Below are positions 48,229 to 58,553 of a stretch of DNA of 63,863 bases, in pieces. The DNA lies in the NCBI GenBank assembly GCA_044892505.1, contig CM097883.1, forward strand, positions 408,084,138 through 408,148,000, read 5' to 3'. The position numbers and the translations under genes are program-made. Below the pieces are notes generated by a model. The model made no database searches and was not told where the DNA came from. It worked only from the letters and a program-made list of their open reading frames with translations. Every line of letters starts with the position of its first letter. Positions within the stretch are counted from its first letter, which is position 1. The stretch is from Schmidtea nova. Its lineage: Eukaryota.

Positions 48229-50499
48229 ATGAATTTAAAAATAGATACGCTAATGTTTCTATTGTACATTTCACTTCTTGTTTCTGCGGAGAAGTATTTA
48301 AAGTTTGCTCCTAACCCCGGAGTCAAGTCTCGCATATATGACCACATCATGGAACACGATGACCTTCTCCTCGATGCATTCACCACACAACAAACCCTTG
48401 TCAAAGTGGTCAAAGATAAAGGTTTCACATTCGATTGCCGAGTTGACAAACTCAAACAACAATTTGCAATAATTAAAGCTGAGCTCTGTTGGCAGTTTCA
48501 GTTAGATAAACAAGATATTTGTAAAAAAATCAACACAAATAAACAAACAATACAACTGATGAAAAACGGATTCCGAATCGAATATAACAATCAAACGGGA
48601 TTCATCGCACGGAAATTATCGGGCGACCTCCATGGATATTATTTCTGTAGGCTGGCCAACCAATTTGACACCGCCAGCTCGAATGTTGTCGAATTTCACA
48701 ATATCAACTTTTACAAATCTTTGATTCCAGAATCCTTCATTTCCAATACAAACATTGAAGGTTCGGCTGTTCGGTTGAGTTCTGATTCTCAGGTTTTCGA
48801 TTTCGGAATCAATGTGGCGGATGACTTCCGAATGATTCCTAGATGGATTGCTCCTGCAGTAGAAGGGTCCATCCATTGGAGGATATGTCCGGTCTCATAT
48901 GAGGATTACTCATACACGTGGGCCGAATGTTTCAAGAATGAAATACTCCTCAAACGGAACGTTGATTATTTCCAATTCTCCAACTATTCCATTTATCTTT
49001 TTGACCACGTCTATGATTTGCACGATAGATTTGTTCTCGAGAGCTTCAACGTCATTGAGAACAGTCCACAGAACAAATACAAGATCAGAGGATCATTCAA
49101 TGATAAAAGGCGGTCATCAGCAAACATATATCTCTACGTTCCAGAATCGAATGAATATGTATTTAGAGAAGGAGACAATAGTTTCTTTCCAAACAGACTC
49201 ACGGCAGCATACAAGGGAGCAGTGGACCAGTACAGCTGGTCACGGGTGTTATTGCCCCTGACATCGGACTTCCGGCAAACGGAAAGAGAACTGACATTCC
49301 CATCAAAGATAATCCGTGAACACGAAGGAATTTATATTTTAAAATTGAAATCTAAACTCGGGCAAACGACAGAAATAAAATTCAAAGTAGTCGTGATTTC
49401 ATCGCCAAAGATTTCCACTGATTATGAAATGCCCCAAGTTTTGTTTAAATTATCCAACCAAATTGCAATTATAAAGTCAAGAGTAGAAGGGAATGACGTA
49501 GGTGCCTTCTTTACATTTAATAATTTCCCCTTGGTTTACACAAATAAAAAGAGCTTCGATGTAATGAAGCAGAAATTAAAAGAGAAGTTCCCCTATTTTT
49601 CAAAATCGACTTTCAAATCCTCTGTAACAAGCAAGAAGGATTATGTCGACCTTGAGGTGATTCTGGGAAAGTTAAAGAAATTATTGGACATTCGTGGCCA
49701 ACATATTATTATTGGTTTGAATGCCATGAACCCTGTGGGAGTTCTTCAGTCAAGGGTATTTATTGACGTAGTCGAATCCCCGACTTGGAGGAAAACATTG
49801 GACGACGTTACTTGTAGAGATTCGTGCTTGTCAAATCGAGATTATTCATTTATGTGCCAAATATTTGCTGAAGAATATCTGGCAAAGAACTTTCGTGTTT
49901 TCTATAATTGGAAGGTAAATGGCGAAGAAGTCTATAGTTCTAACGATCTGAGTGTTGAGAATGAGTACTACAATATTACCGCTGGCACGCTTATATTAAA
50001 AAAGAATCAAGAAAGACATACCAATAATATGAAAATAGAATGCCGGATAAGGTTGCAAGCTCCACAAATAATTTTGGGCAAAGGAATTCAATTTGAAGAC
50101 TTATATGATAGTGAGACCGATGATTCTGTCAGGCAAAGGCTGAGTAAAACATTTACTATGGTCTTTGATAAAAAACATGAAATACAAACACTCCAGCTAC
50201 CTATAATGCTCACATGTGGACTACTAGTTTCATTAACTATTGGCATGGTGATAATGCTATGCATCCTCTTCTACAACTCCTCGGGTGAATGCACAAATTT
50301 TCGAGATTTAGAAAAGTCTAAATGCTTGAATCAACAAACTGAACTTGCCGAAATGTTGCACGATGACGAGCAAGGCAACATAGAGGTTATGACACTTAGT
50401 AAAGTTACCGTCCATAAGAAACGAGAAAGGATACCTAATTACCTTCCATCGTTGGCAAATGATGATGAAACGTTTAATATGTTGACCGGTGGCTACTAA
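48229..50499 (+). CDS. Single-exon type-I membrane protein with multiple Ig-like domains (divergent L1/neuroglian-like), 756 aa from ATG 48229
   Basis: Uninterrupted 2.3-kb ORF. Signal peptide MNLKIDTLMFLLYISLLVSA. Ig-type motifs GYYFCRLANQF, HEGIYILKLKSKLG and FMC..FA....YNWKVNG...GTL...IEC. TM LPIMLTCGLLVSLTIGMVIMLCILFY, then a ~75-aa tail. Confidence 0.85.
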   Translation: MNLKIDTLMFLLYISLLVSAEKYLKFAPNPGVKSRIYDHIMEHDDLLLDAFTTQQTLVKVVKDKGFTFDCRVDKLKQQFAIIKAELCWQFQLDKQDICKKINTNKQTIQLMKNGFRIEYNNQTGFIARKLSGDLHGYYFCRLANQFDTASSNVVEFHNINFYKSLIPESFISNTNIEGSAVRLSSDSQVFDFGINVADDFRMIPRWIAPAVEGSIHWRICPVSYEDYSYTWAECFKNEILLKRNVDYFQFSNYSIYLFDHVYDLHDRFVLESFNVIENSPQNKYKIRGSFNDKRRSSANIYLYVPESNEYVFREGDNSFFPNRLTAAYKGAVDQYSWSRVLLPLTSDFRQTERELTFPSKIIREHEGIYILKLKSKLGQTTEIKFKVVVISSPKISTDYEMPQVLFKLSNQIAIIKSRVEGNDVGAFFTFNNFPLVYTNKKSFDVMKQKLKEKFPYFSKSTFKSSVTSKKDYVDLEVILGKLKKLLDIRGQHIIIGLNAMNPVGVLQSRVFIDVVESPTWRKTLDDVTCRDSCLSNRDYSFMCQIFAEEYLAKNFRVFYNWKVNGEEVYSSNDLSVENEYYNITAGTLILKKNQERHTNNMKIECRIRLQAPQIILGKGIQFEDLYDSETDDSVRQRLSKTFTMVFDKKHEIQTLQLPIMLTCGLLVSLTIGMVIMLCILFYNSSGECTNFRDLEKSKCLNQQTELAEMLHDDEQGNIEVMTLSKVTVHKKRERIPNYLPSLANDDETFNMLTGGY

Positions 50500-50580
50500 A
50501 GTTTTGTACGAAAGGGATAATTTTGTATCAGCCCGTTCAGGGCCGGTCTTTTGGTTTTCGGTGTCTTGAATCCTCTACAA

Positions 50581-50910
50581 CAGGGATATTCAACTGGCGG
50601 ACCGCGGGCCAGATCCGGCCCGCCGAAATTTGAAAATGGCCCTTTCAATATCTTCGAATATTACACATATATAAAAATATTTGGATGATATAAGCATTAA
50701 AATTATATTTATCTGGAAAATTACATAATAATATAAAAATATATAGTAAACATTATAATACTTGGTAATAGAATAACAATCACTAAAACACGTTTATATT
50801 TTGGTAAAGTGTAATCCGCTACAAAACTAACAACTTTTTAATTGATACGGCCCTCGATTGCCGTTATAAGATAAATTTGGCCCTTCATAATATTTAGTTG
50901 AATACCCATG
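50581..50910. mobile_element. hAT MITE (330 bp)
   Basis: TIRs CAGGGATATTCAACT / (rc) CATGGGTATTCAACT. Perfect 8-bp TSD CTCTACAA at 50573-80 and 50911-18. Confidence 0.92.
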
Positions 50911-51188
50911 CTCTACAAGTTTAATCTATAAATAACAATAATTCTTTCATTTGGCTAGTTTAAGGAGAGGCGCGAGTATTAGCCAGGATTGAAAACAAAT
51001 ATTGTTATTCGTTTTTTCTTTTGTATAAGAGTTTCTCTTAATAAATCTTTTAGTACTAAAACCTTTTGTGTCTGTAGTATTTTATAAAATAGAAGAGGCG
51101 CCATATGATCAAATATTTTTAAGGGAGTCGTGGTAAAATAAAATTTGGAAACCACTGACTTAATTAATTTTTTTAATATAATATATAC

Positions 51189-51244
51189 CATCCAGTATGA
51201 CTCTTCCAGTATGACCCTTCCAGTATGGCTCATCCAGTATGGCC
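51189..51244. repeat. 14-bp tandem repeat x4
   Basis: C(A/T)TCCAGTATG(A/G)C(T/C) four times. Confidence 0.9.
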
Positions 51245-51733
51245 TTTTCATATGTTTCTTTTTTTCATTAGTCAAATCAAATTTAACTTAATCTTTGTAT
51301 AGACAAAAAGTTCAAAATTGTTGTCTTGTGCCTCCCAAGGGAGGTACTGAAGTCTCAAACGAGGTAAGGGTTTATATTATTTATTAAACAATGTCATTAC
51401 ATGCGCACACGTTGTGTAATTTATTAAAAACTTAAGAATAAATTTATGTTCCAAAATATTTTTCAGAAACAAATCCATTTTTTGAAAATTTCTTTTGGCA
51501 TTTCTAACCCCACTGAAAAGGAAAATAATTGTCATTTACAAATCGACATATGCCGTTATTTGTTTTAAAGTACACCAACATTTGGAGGTGACCGACATGC
51601 CGCGGATATTACCGTTGCATGCAAATTAGTAGAATGACATATATTTTGACATATTCGTCGGTTAAGATTTTGGCAGGGTCAATTTAAATTCTAAACTCTC
51701 GTCTTTCTATATCGATAACACGGACTAACTGCA

Positions 51734-51775
51734 TTAACCCTTTGGTGGACAATGACGCGTATAAGCGTCACGCTA
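51734..51775 (+). mobile_element. piggyBac-like left terminus (partner end not found)
   Basis: TTAA-CCCTTTGGTGGACAATGACGCGTATAAGCGTCA, with a subterminal palindrome. Confidence 0.5.
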
Positions 51776-52244
51776 CACCTTACTGGTCGAAATATGAATC
51801 ACAATTTTATGATTTAATTGTTATAAACAATTAATTTCTTTCCATATGCTGTTTCCAGGATTATTTTATGTTCAATAACGTAGAAAATATGGCATATGAC
51901 TTGTGAGATATTAAAATAAAAAATATATTTCAATAATTAAAAAATTAATTAAAAATAATAAAAAAAGCCATATATATATATATATATATAAGGCTGAGTT
52001 GAATGTTATTCATGTTTTTATGCGATTATTTTATTTACACAAATTGTTATAACACTGATAATATTATTATTCGAAATACAGTTCATCATTTTCAATGACT
52101 CGCAGCCATATCTCTGTCAAATGCTTCATCAAATGGCAAAAGCACTCATGTGTCTTGGACGCGACGAATTCAGCGATTCCAGGTTTCACTTCTTCATCTG
52201 AACCAAAGCGTATGAAAGAGACTAAAACAAATGATAATGAAAAG

Positions 52245-52600
52245 AGGCAAGGTCCAGGGTTTACGCTGGGTGTAGGATGCCTTGCGTTCTTGAATTTTCT
52301 GCTTCACCCTTTAGTGATGTTTGAGCTGGGGCATTGTCATGCTGTAGAATTGCTCTGCAGCGATTCAGCAGACCTGGATGGCGTTCGATCAAAGCATCTT
52401 GAACTCACTTTAGCATAAAGATTACCATCGATTACTCGACCATCTTGAATAAGTTCCCAGTGCACAGGTCGTTCATAATCCCACCAAACACACAACATCA
52501 CCTTTTCAAAGTGACCTAAAAAACACTGTAGCCATACTTGCCTTTACTAGAATCACAAAAGAAAACCCATTTTCATCTCCTGTAATAATTCGCTTTCAAC
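52245..52600 (-). mobile_element. mariner (DD34D) transposase catalytic-domain remnant
   Basis: Manual translation across frameshifts gives RIITGDE; FEKVMLCVWWDYE.PVHWELI; AILQHDNAPAQTS; LHPA*TLD (HP.YSPDLAP-like). Confidence 0.85.
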
Positions 52601-53099
52601 ACGGCTCTCTTGGGTTATCGAGTGGTTCGAAATTACTAAAACTCAAAAAATATATATGCTGGGTTATTAATTTGTTGGTGAAGTTTAGAAATTACCAATC
52701 ATATTTCTGACTCCAAATGCGTGCTTTATTAATCAATAGATTAAAAATTAAACAGAAATCTTTATTGATATCACTGATTTCACAATTATACTGGTACACT
52801 CAATCAGTAACCTAAGGCAATTATACAGTGTTTATTATAACACTATTGTGAGGAATAGCACTCGTGTATAATTTCTATCTAACGATCACCAAATACTGAT
52901 TTAGATTTAATAATAGGTAACCAACTATTTGTTTTCTTTGCTTCGACTTGAAATTTGGCTTACAACTTTTCAATAAATTTCTCAATTATTAATTTCTAAT
53001 AAATTCTCAATAATCAGTTTCTCAATAAACTTTTCTCGGTGAATTTCTTAATAATTTATTATTGTAAAACTTCTGTTGCAAATTCTCGCATTAATACTT

Positions 53100-53420
53100 C
53101 TCCGCAAACTTCTCCACAAATTTCTCCACAAAACCTTTGTTACAAATTCGTTCTACAAAAACTTTGTCTAAAACTGTTGTCTCTCCCTTTTTATAGTTTG
53201 CCATTCTCCGACACTTGTGATGATTTGCTTGTTTCCCCATTCTTGCCACTGATATTTCCAATTTTCTTTTTTAACTCCCGTACTACACATAGCTTTTCGG
53301 CACTTGGGACAATTTACTTTTTCCTTTGTGTCGCTGGCATTTCCTAATATTTTCCCAGTTCCCGTGTTATCTTTGACAACTGTCAAGATACCGGGTTTGT
53401 CTTCGTTTTGGAATTTTGGA
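53100..53420 (-). mobile_element. Possible non-LTR retrotransposon C-terminal Cys-motif fragment
   Basis: …KPGILTVVKD…VNCPKCRKAMC…W..WG resembles the post-RT zinc-binding region of L1/Tx1-like elements. Weak. Confidence 0.3.
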
Positions 53421-53489
53421 TAATATCAATGACCTATCAGCTTTTCCCCCAAGTTATTCAAATTATTTATAATATTATTTATTATTTAA

Positions 53490-54125
53490 GTATATTTTAC
53501 TATAGAATGATGATATTTCATATATCTAATAATATTTTATGTGTCTGATCAATTTCTATGGATTTTTGATATTTTGTGTGTAATTTTAGTATAGTGTGAT
53601 GATATTTGGATTGACTATAGTCATATTAATGAGTATGAAGAATTTCTATGTATTTGTGTATATTCATGTAATTACACTATAGTATGATGATATTTCATGT
53701 ATGTAATGATATCTTTGTGTATTTTCATGCATTTGACCGACTATAACTTAATAAACTTTCATTTTATATATTTTTAATGTTTAGTGTGTATTTTGCACTA
53801 TATTGTGATGATATTTCATGTATGTAAGGATATGTTGTGATGATATTTCACATGTTATGATATTTTGTTTTTATTTTGCACTAGTGTGATGATATTTTTA
53901 TGTTTGATCAATTTCTATGTATTTTCGATATTTTATGCGTGTATTTTGCACTATGGTGTGATGATATTTCATGTTTATAATGATATTTTGTGTATAATAA
54001 ATTTCGATATATTTTGTGTGCATGTTGTGTAAGAACACTATAGTGTAAGAATTTTTTGTGTGTAATGATTTATATAGTATAGTAGGTTTTCATGTGTATT
54101 TAACCGCCCAGTCTTGTGTGATGAT
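53490..54125. repeat. Degenerate minisatellite (~55-65-bp units)
   Basis: Recurring TATTTTGCACTATAGTGTGATGATATTTCATGT-like units. Confidence 0.8.
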
Positions 54126-54839
54126 ATTCAATGCTTAACGTCATTTATTTATCATAATGACAGAAACTTTGGTAAGAGAACCTATTTTGTATTTGTTTCT
54201 GAGCTTAAAAGCGTTCCACTCAAACATATTTCTAATAAAAAATATACTGTTTTTAACAAAATGATATTAGAAAATGATATCATAAACCTTAGGTAACAGA
54301 ATCTTGATAGCATAAGGTATAGTAACAAAACCCTCTTTGTTATGATATTTAGGTGTAAAGGCTTTCCAACCGAACATAAGTATTTATCACATGTATTTAG
54401 TGTTAGCTCTTTCTCAATGTAAGAACTTGATAGTATTGCAATTGATTGGCCATCAAAATTATTGGTTATTAAAATTATTCATTTGTGCAATATAAATGTA
54501 ACCTGTAAATAGTATTCATTGATGTAAATGAATAGAAACAAATAAAGTTTGTTTTAAATATATTTAAATAAATTAAATATTTTAAACAAGGTTACAGATA
54601 ATTTCATAACTTTGGAAAAATGGAGCCAATTATTTTCAATAATTGATGACCTTTTGACATCGACTGAGAAATTCGATATCATCATTTTTTTAAATTATTC
54701 AAATCCTTTAATAATAAATTAATTAATGGTTTCATAAAGTCATTTGGACATGATCTATGATGGAATTAACTAGTTTTATTATGACTCTTGATGATATCGA
54801 TTCTGCTGAATTCAATATGAATACCATTTTCTGGTCATG

Positions 54840-55055
54840 TATCCAATTCCACATACACATCCACTTTCATATTCACATCCACTTCCACATTCACATTCAC
54901 ATACATCCAAATTCACATCCACATTCATATCCACATCCACCTCCACACCCACCTCAATATCCACCACCACCTTCACCTCCCCTCCTCCACCTCAACAATC
55001 ACATCCACGTCAAAATCCAAATCCAAATCCACATCCACATCCACTTACACCTACA
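54840..55055. repeat. (CACATY)n / CCA-rich low-complexity tract
   Basis: Hexamer repeats CACATT/CACATC and poly-CCA/CCT. Confidence 0.85.
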
Positions 55056-55519
55056 ATTAGCAACTTAAAATTATTTAGTAAATTTTATTATTATGAAATT
55101 TGATTGTTTTACCTTCCAAAACCGAGATAAATTTGTTATCATTGTTATTACACCAATTATTCAATGTGTTCTGTGTATTAATTCTATATTATTAAACGAG
55201 CGGTATATATATATATATTTATTTATTTTTCTATAAATTTTTTCTAGAAAACGGCACTATAATATTTTCTGAAAATTGGCATACTATTATTTTCCGGTGT
55301 GGAAAAACGATCTAGATAGGTCACGATCTTGGGAAAATTCGTTTAGGGCCTTAATTTTGGAAACACATTTTTCATATGAATGACGTCACAAATATTTGGA
55401 ATAGTTATAATAAATTTTGTTGAAGATGAGTGTCTGTTCTAAATATTTTAAAAAGTACATTACAATTTAATTTGATTGTTGATTCTGGGTAGAATGATAT
55501 GGTATGAACGGCACTGACA

Positions 55520-57013
55520 ATTACGAAGATGACCAAAACATGGACGTTCTAAATTCTGATGAGGTGTCTGCTACTGGAGAACGCATGTATCGGATTCTGC
55601 AAGGAAAATAGATTGAAATTGTGGAAAGTATTTTACGTGCAGCCAATGTCTCTATGTTGAAACAAAATGTTTTTTCATAGATGGGCCAGGCGATACAGGT
55701 AAAACCTTCGCGTATAAGACCTTGTATCACTTAATTTGTGGCCAAAATGCAAAGTAAAATGTATGGTATTTACTGGAATCGCATCAACTCTATTGCCTGC
55801 TGGACAAACATCACACGAGACATTTGGTCTGAAAGTTAAGCTTTCGCCAGATTCAATTTCCAGAATTAAACCTGGTTCAGTCAAAGCTAAAGAACTCGCT
55901 CAAGTTGATGTTTTCTTTATGGATAAGGCACCGATGGTTTACAAATATGGATTAGTTGTTGCGTTCCATTACAAATCGAAACTTGTCATTTGGAGGGAAA
56001 ATTTTAGTCACTGGTGGTGATTTCCGTCAGTGCTTACCTGTCCAATTCCGAAGCGACCATAGTGAAACACTCGATTTGTCGATTAAAATATTTCATCTCT
56101 GGAAGCATTTCAAGGATTTTTCGTTAAAAAAATATGCTTGTCGATAAAAATATATCCTGAAACTGGAAACTTTAATAAAATCGAATACCGAGGATATAAT
56201 TTCCAGTGGTAATTTAATCGAAGAAGTATTTGGAAATTGCCTTGCGAATCAAAATTACGATGTAATGAAGGAACGTGTTATTCTCACGCCGCTGAACAAA
56301 TAAGTCAGTAATATTAATGCTGAAATTGTCGATCGTCTCCTAGGAGAATACAAATCCTTTAAAAGTCATGATTCTGTGAAGTATAAACAGGAAGGAGGTA
56401 TTGAATTCCCGCCAGAATTTGTCAATTCGATTGAAATGGCTGATTTGCCACCTCATGAATTAAAACTAAAGAAAAATACGATAATTATGCTAATGCGTAA
56501 TTTAGATATTTTGGAGGGTATGTGCAATGGAACACGATTGATTGTTACTGAATTATGTAATAACGTAGTTAAAGCAAAAATAATAAGTGGAGGAAAAGCT
56601 GAACAAGAAGTACACATTATTCGAGTTACGTTCGACTTCAGTAAAGGTCAACTTGGATGTATAATACAACGACATCAATTTCCACTTCGGCCAACGTTTG
56701 CGATAACCTTGCATAAATCTCAAGGGCAAACGTTCGAATTTGTTGGCATCAACTTTCATACACCTGTCTTTAATCACGGTATGTTGTACGTAGCATTTTC
56801 CCGTGTTAAACGACAACATAGCTTGAAAGTTCTGTTACCACCTGAAAATGAACGTTGCACGTATAATTTTGTATGGAAAGAAGCATTGAACGCTCCTGAT
56901 GAAACTCCTATAAGTCCTGATAGTGACAGCGACAGCGACGACGGTTACCTCGGCAATATCGAAAGAGATTAAAAACTGTCTTTCTTTTCACATAGCGAAG
57001 CTCGGTCCCCTGG
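55520..57013 (+). mobile_element. Helitron RepHel Pif1-helicase remnant with 3' terminus
   Basis: FFIDGPGDTGKTF; FTGIASTLLPAGQTSH; FGGKILVTGGDFRQCLPV; LPPHELKLKKNTIIMLMRNL...GMCNGTRL; RHQFPLRPTFAITLHKSQGQT; VFNHGMLYVAFSRV. Stops and frameshifts in the 5' part. Ends AGCGAAGCTCGGTCCC-CTGG|T (CTRR at 57010-13). Confidence 0.93.
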
Positions 57014-57941
57014 TACTTCATTATATTGATGTAATCCTTGTTAAATTCAAGTTTACCTCTTACGGGTTCTTCAAATGATGTATTACTGATGCAGTTAAAC
57101 AAATTTTCACATTTATTGTTTCTTACCTTCGTCTTTGATCTTTTCGTTTTCGTTTCAAATATTTCAATTTTTAATAAAGATTATAGATCAAATTGTTTTA
57201 AGAAGATACATTTATTTTAGGATTAGCTTTTCAAATACACATTTAAAAAAGACTGAGTCGAAAATTCGAATATCTTAAAAAATATTTTAATCAGATCTTT
57301 ATAAAAATTGAAAAACTTGCAGTAACAATTTTTGGAATATTGGTTTTATGATCTGATCATTAATACTTCAGAAATTTATTACCAATAGTTACTGATGCTT
57401 TTTATGCATTTTAAAGTCAGACAACTATTTCTTTTTCATTCTATTAGGTTGGCATAGTTCATGAATTCAAGTACAGGGATAACTGTCAGTCTCCTCGATG
57501 TAAGTGGCGTTACATAAGAATTGATAAACAAAATCACAACACAAATTAAAAAGACAATTTAAAATAATTTCACTTAAAGGAAAGCGCTTGTTTTAAAATT
57601 GTATTAAAAGTGTAATCCCAAAATGTCCTAGTTTCCGGACATTTTAGCACTTTCTCTTACTTTTCATTGGTTGAATTTAGTTTTACAACTTTCTTCAATG
57701 TTATTGGGAAATTTTATTCTTAGACTTATTTTTTGAAAAAATTAAGAGAGGTCATTTCAAATTTCCAAGCAATTAATTCCAAAAATTGAAAAATATTTTA
57801 TTGAATTTTTACCAATTGTAAGCCATAACAATGTAAATGAGAGATGAATGACAAGATAATGACCAATGACCGTTCATGGAAGAGGGGTGCAAGGATGCAA
57901 GGGTTTACCGCGTTCGAATTGGAATAAGAAAATAAATGAAC

Positions 57942-58553
57942 TCATTTAATGAAACATTTTAAAATAATCGCGCCGTTTTTCATAAGTTTGCCATTGTTAA
58001 ATAGTAAATTAAGTTTTATAAATGTCGGAGTACCGTAATAATAATAATCCTCAATTTCCGTTCTCGTTGAAGGTTTGTGAAATATTACTTGGAAGTCTTT
58101 TTCAACAGATTTCAGTTTGTATTTGTCACAGATGTGAGTCTTATGCGTTACCTGATCCAGGAGTGCGATCGACACCTCTCGCTCCATCGGCCAAAATAAG
58201 GAATCGTCATGTTCTCCTTGAACTAGACTGAAGAACACCGACAAGTAAATATTCTCCGCTTTTCCGAATCCGTTCGGATTGATTCGTAGTCGTAGTTTAT
58301 AACCGTTTTTATGGGAATAAAACGGTTTGCTGTAAATGACTTTACTCATTTTTGATTTGGCTTCTTGGACACGGTTCAGGAATTCATCGATTCTCCATTC
58401 GAATGGCGCAGTTTCTTGGTTGGTAGGTAAACCTCTCAGAGAACTTGAGGAACTCAAAAACCGGCTTTGCCTTATTCCACTGATATGGGAACCCGTTTCG
58501 GAATCCGTATTCCGTAAGTTCTCTTCCTCTGTAAAGTCAATAATCGTTCCATC
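57942..58553 (-). CDS. TRAF-like gene last exon: MATH/TRAF-C domain
   Basis: FEWRIDEF...IYSKPFYSHKNGYKLRLRINPNG.G....YLSVFFSLVQGEHDDSLFWPM...SIALLDQ...YGTPTFI...GAIILKCFIK*. Confidence 0.92.
   Translation of the reverse strand, partial: DGTIIDFTEEENLRNTDSETGSHISGIRQSRFLSSSSSLRGLPTNQETAPFEWRIDEFLNRVQEAKSKMSKVIYSKPFYSHKNGYKLRLRINPNGFGKAENIYLSVFFSLVQGEHDDSLFWPMEREVSIALLDQVTHKTHICDKYKLKSVEKDFQVIFHKPSTRTEIEDYYYYGTPTFIKLNLLFNNGKLMKNGAIILKCFIK

Noticed and set aside
51189-51244. CRISPR-like array
   Set aside because: Contiguous 14-bp repeats with no unique spacers, in a eukaryotic context with no cas genes.
54757-55103. His/Pro-rich proteins from the ORF track
   Set aside because: They are translations of a hexamer/low-complexity repeat tract.
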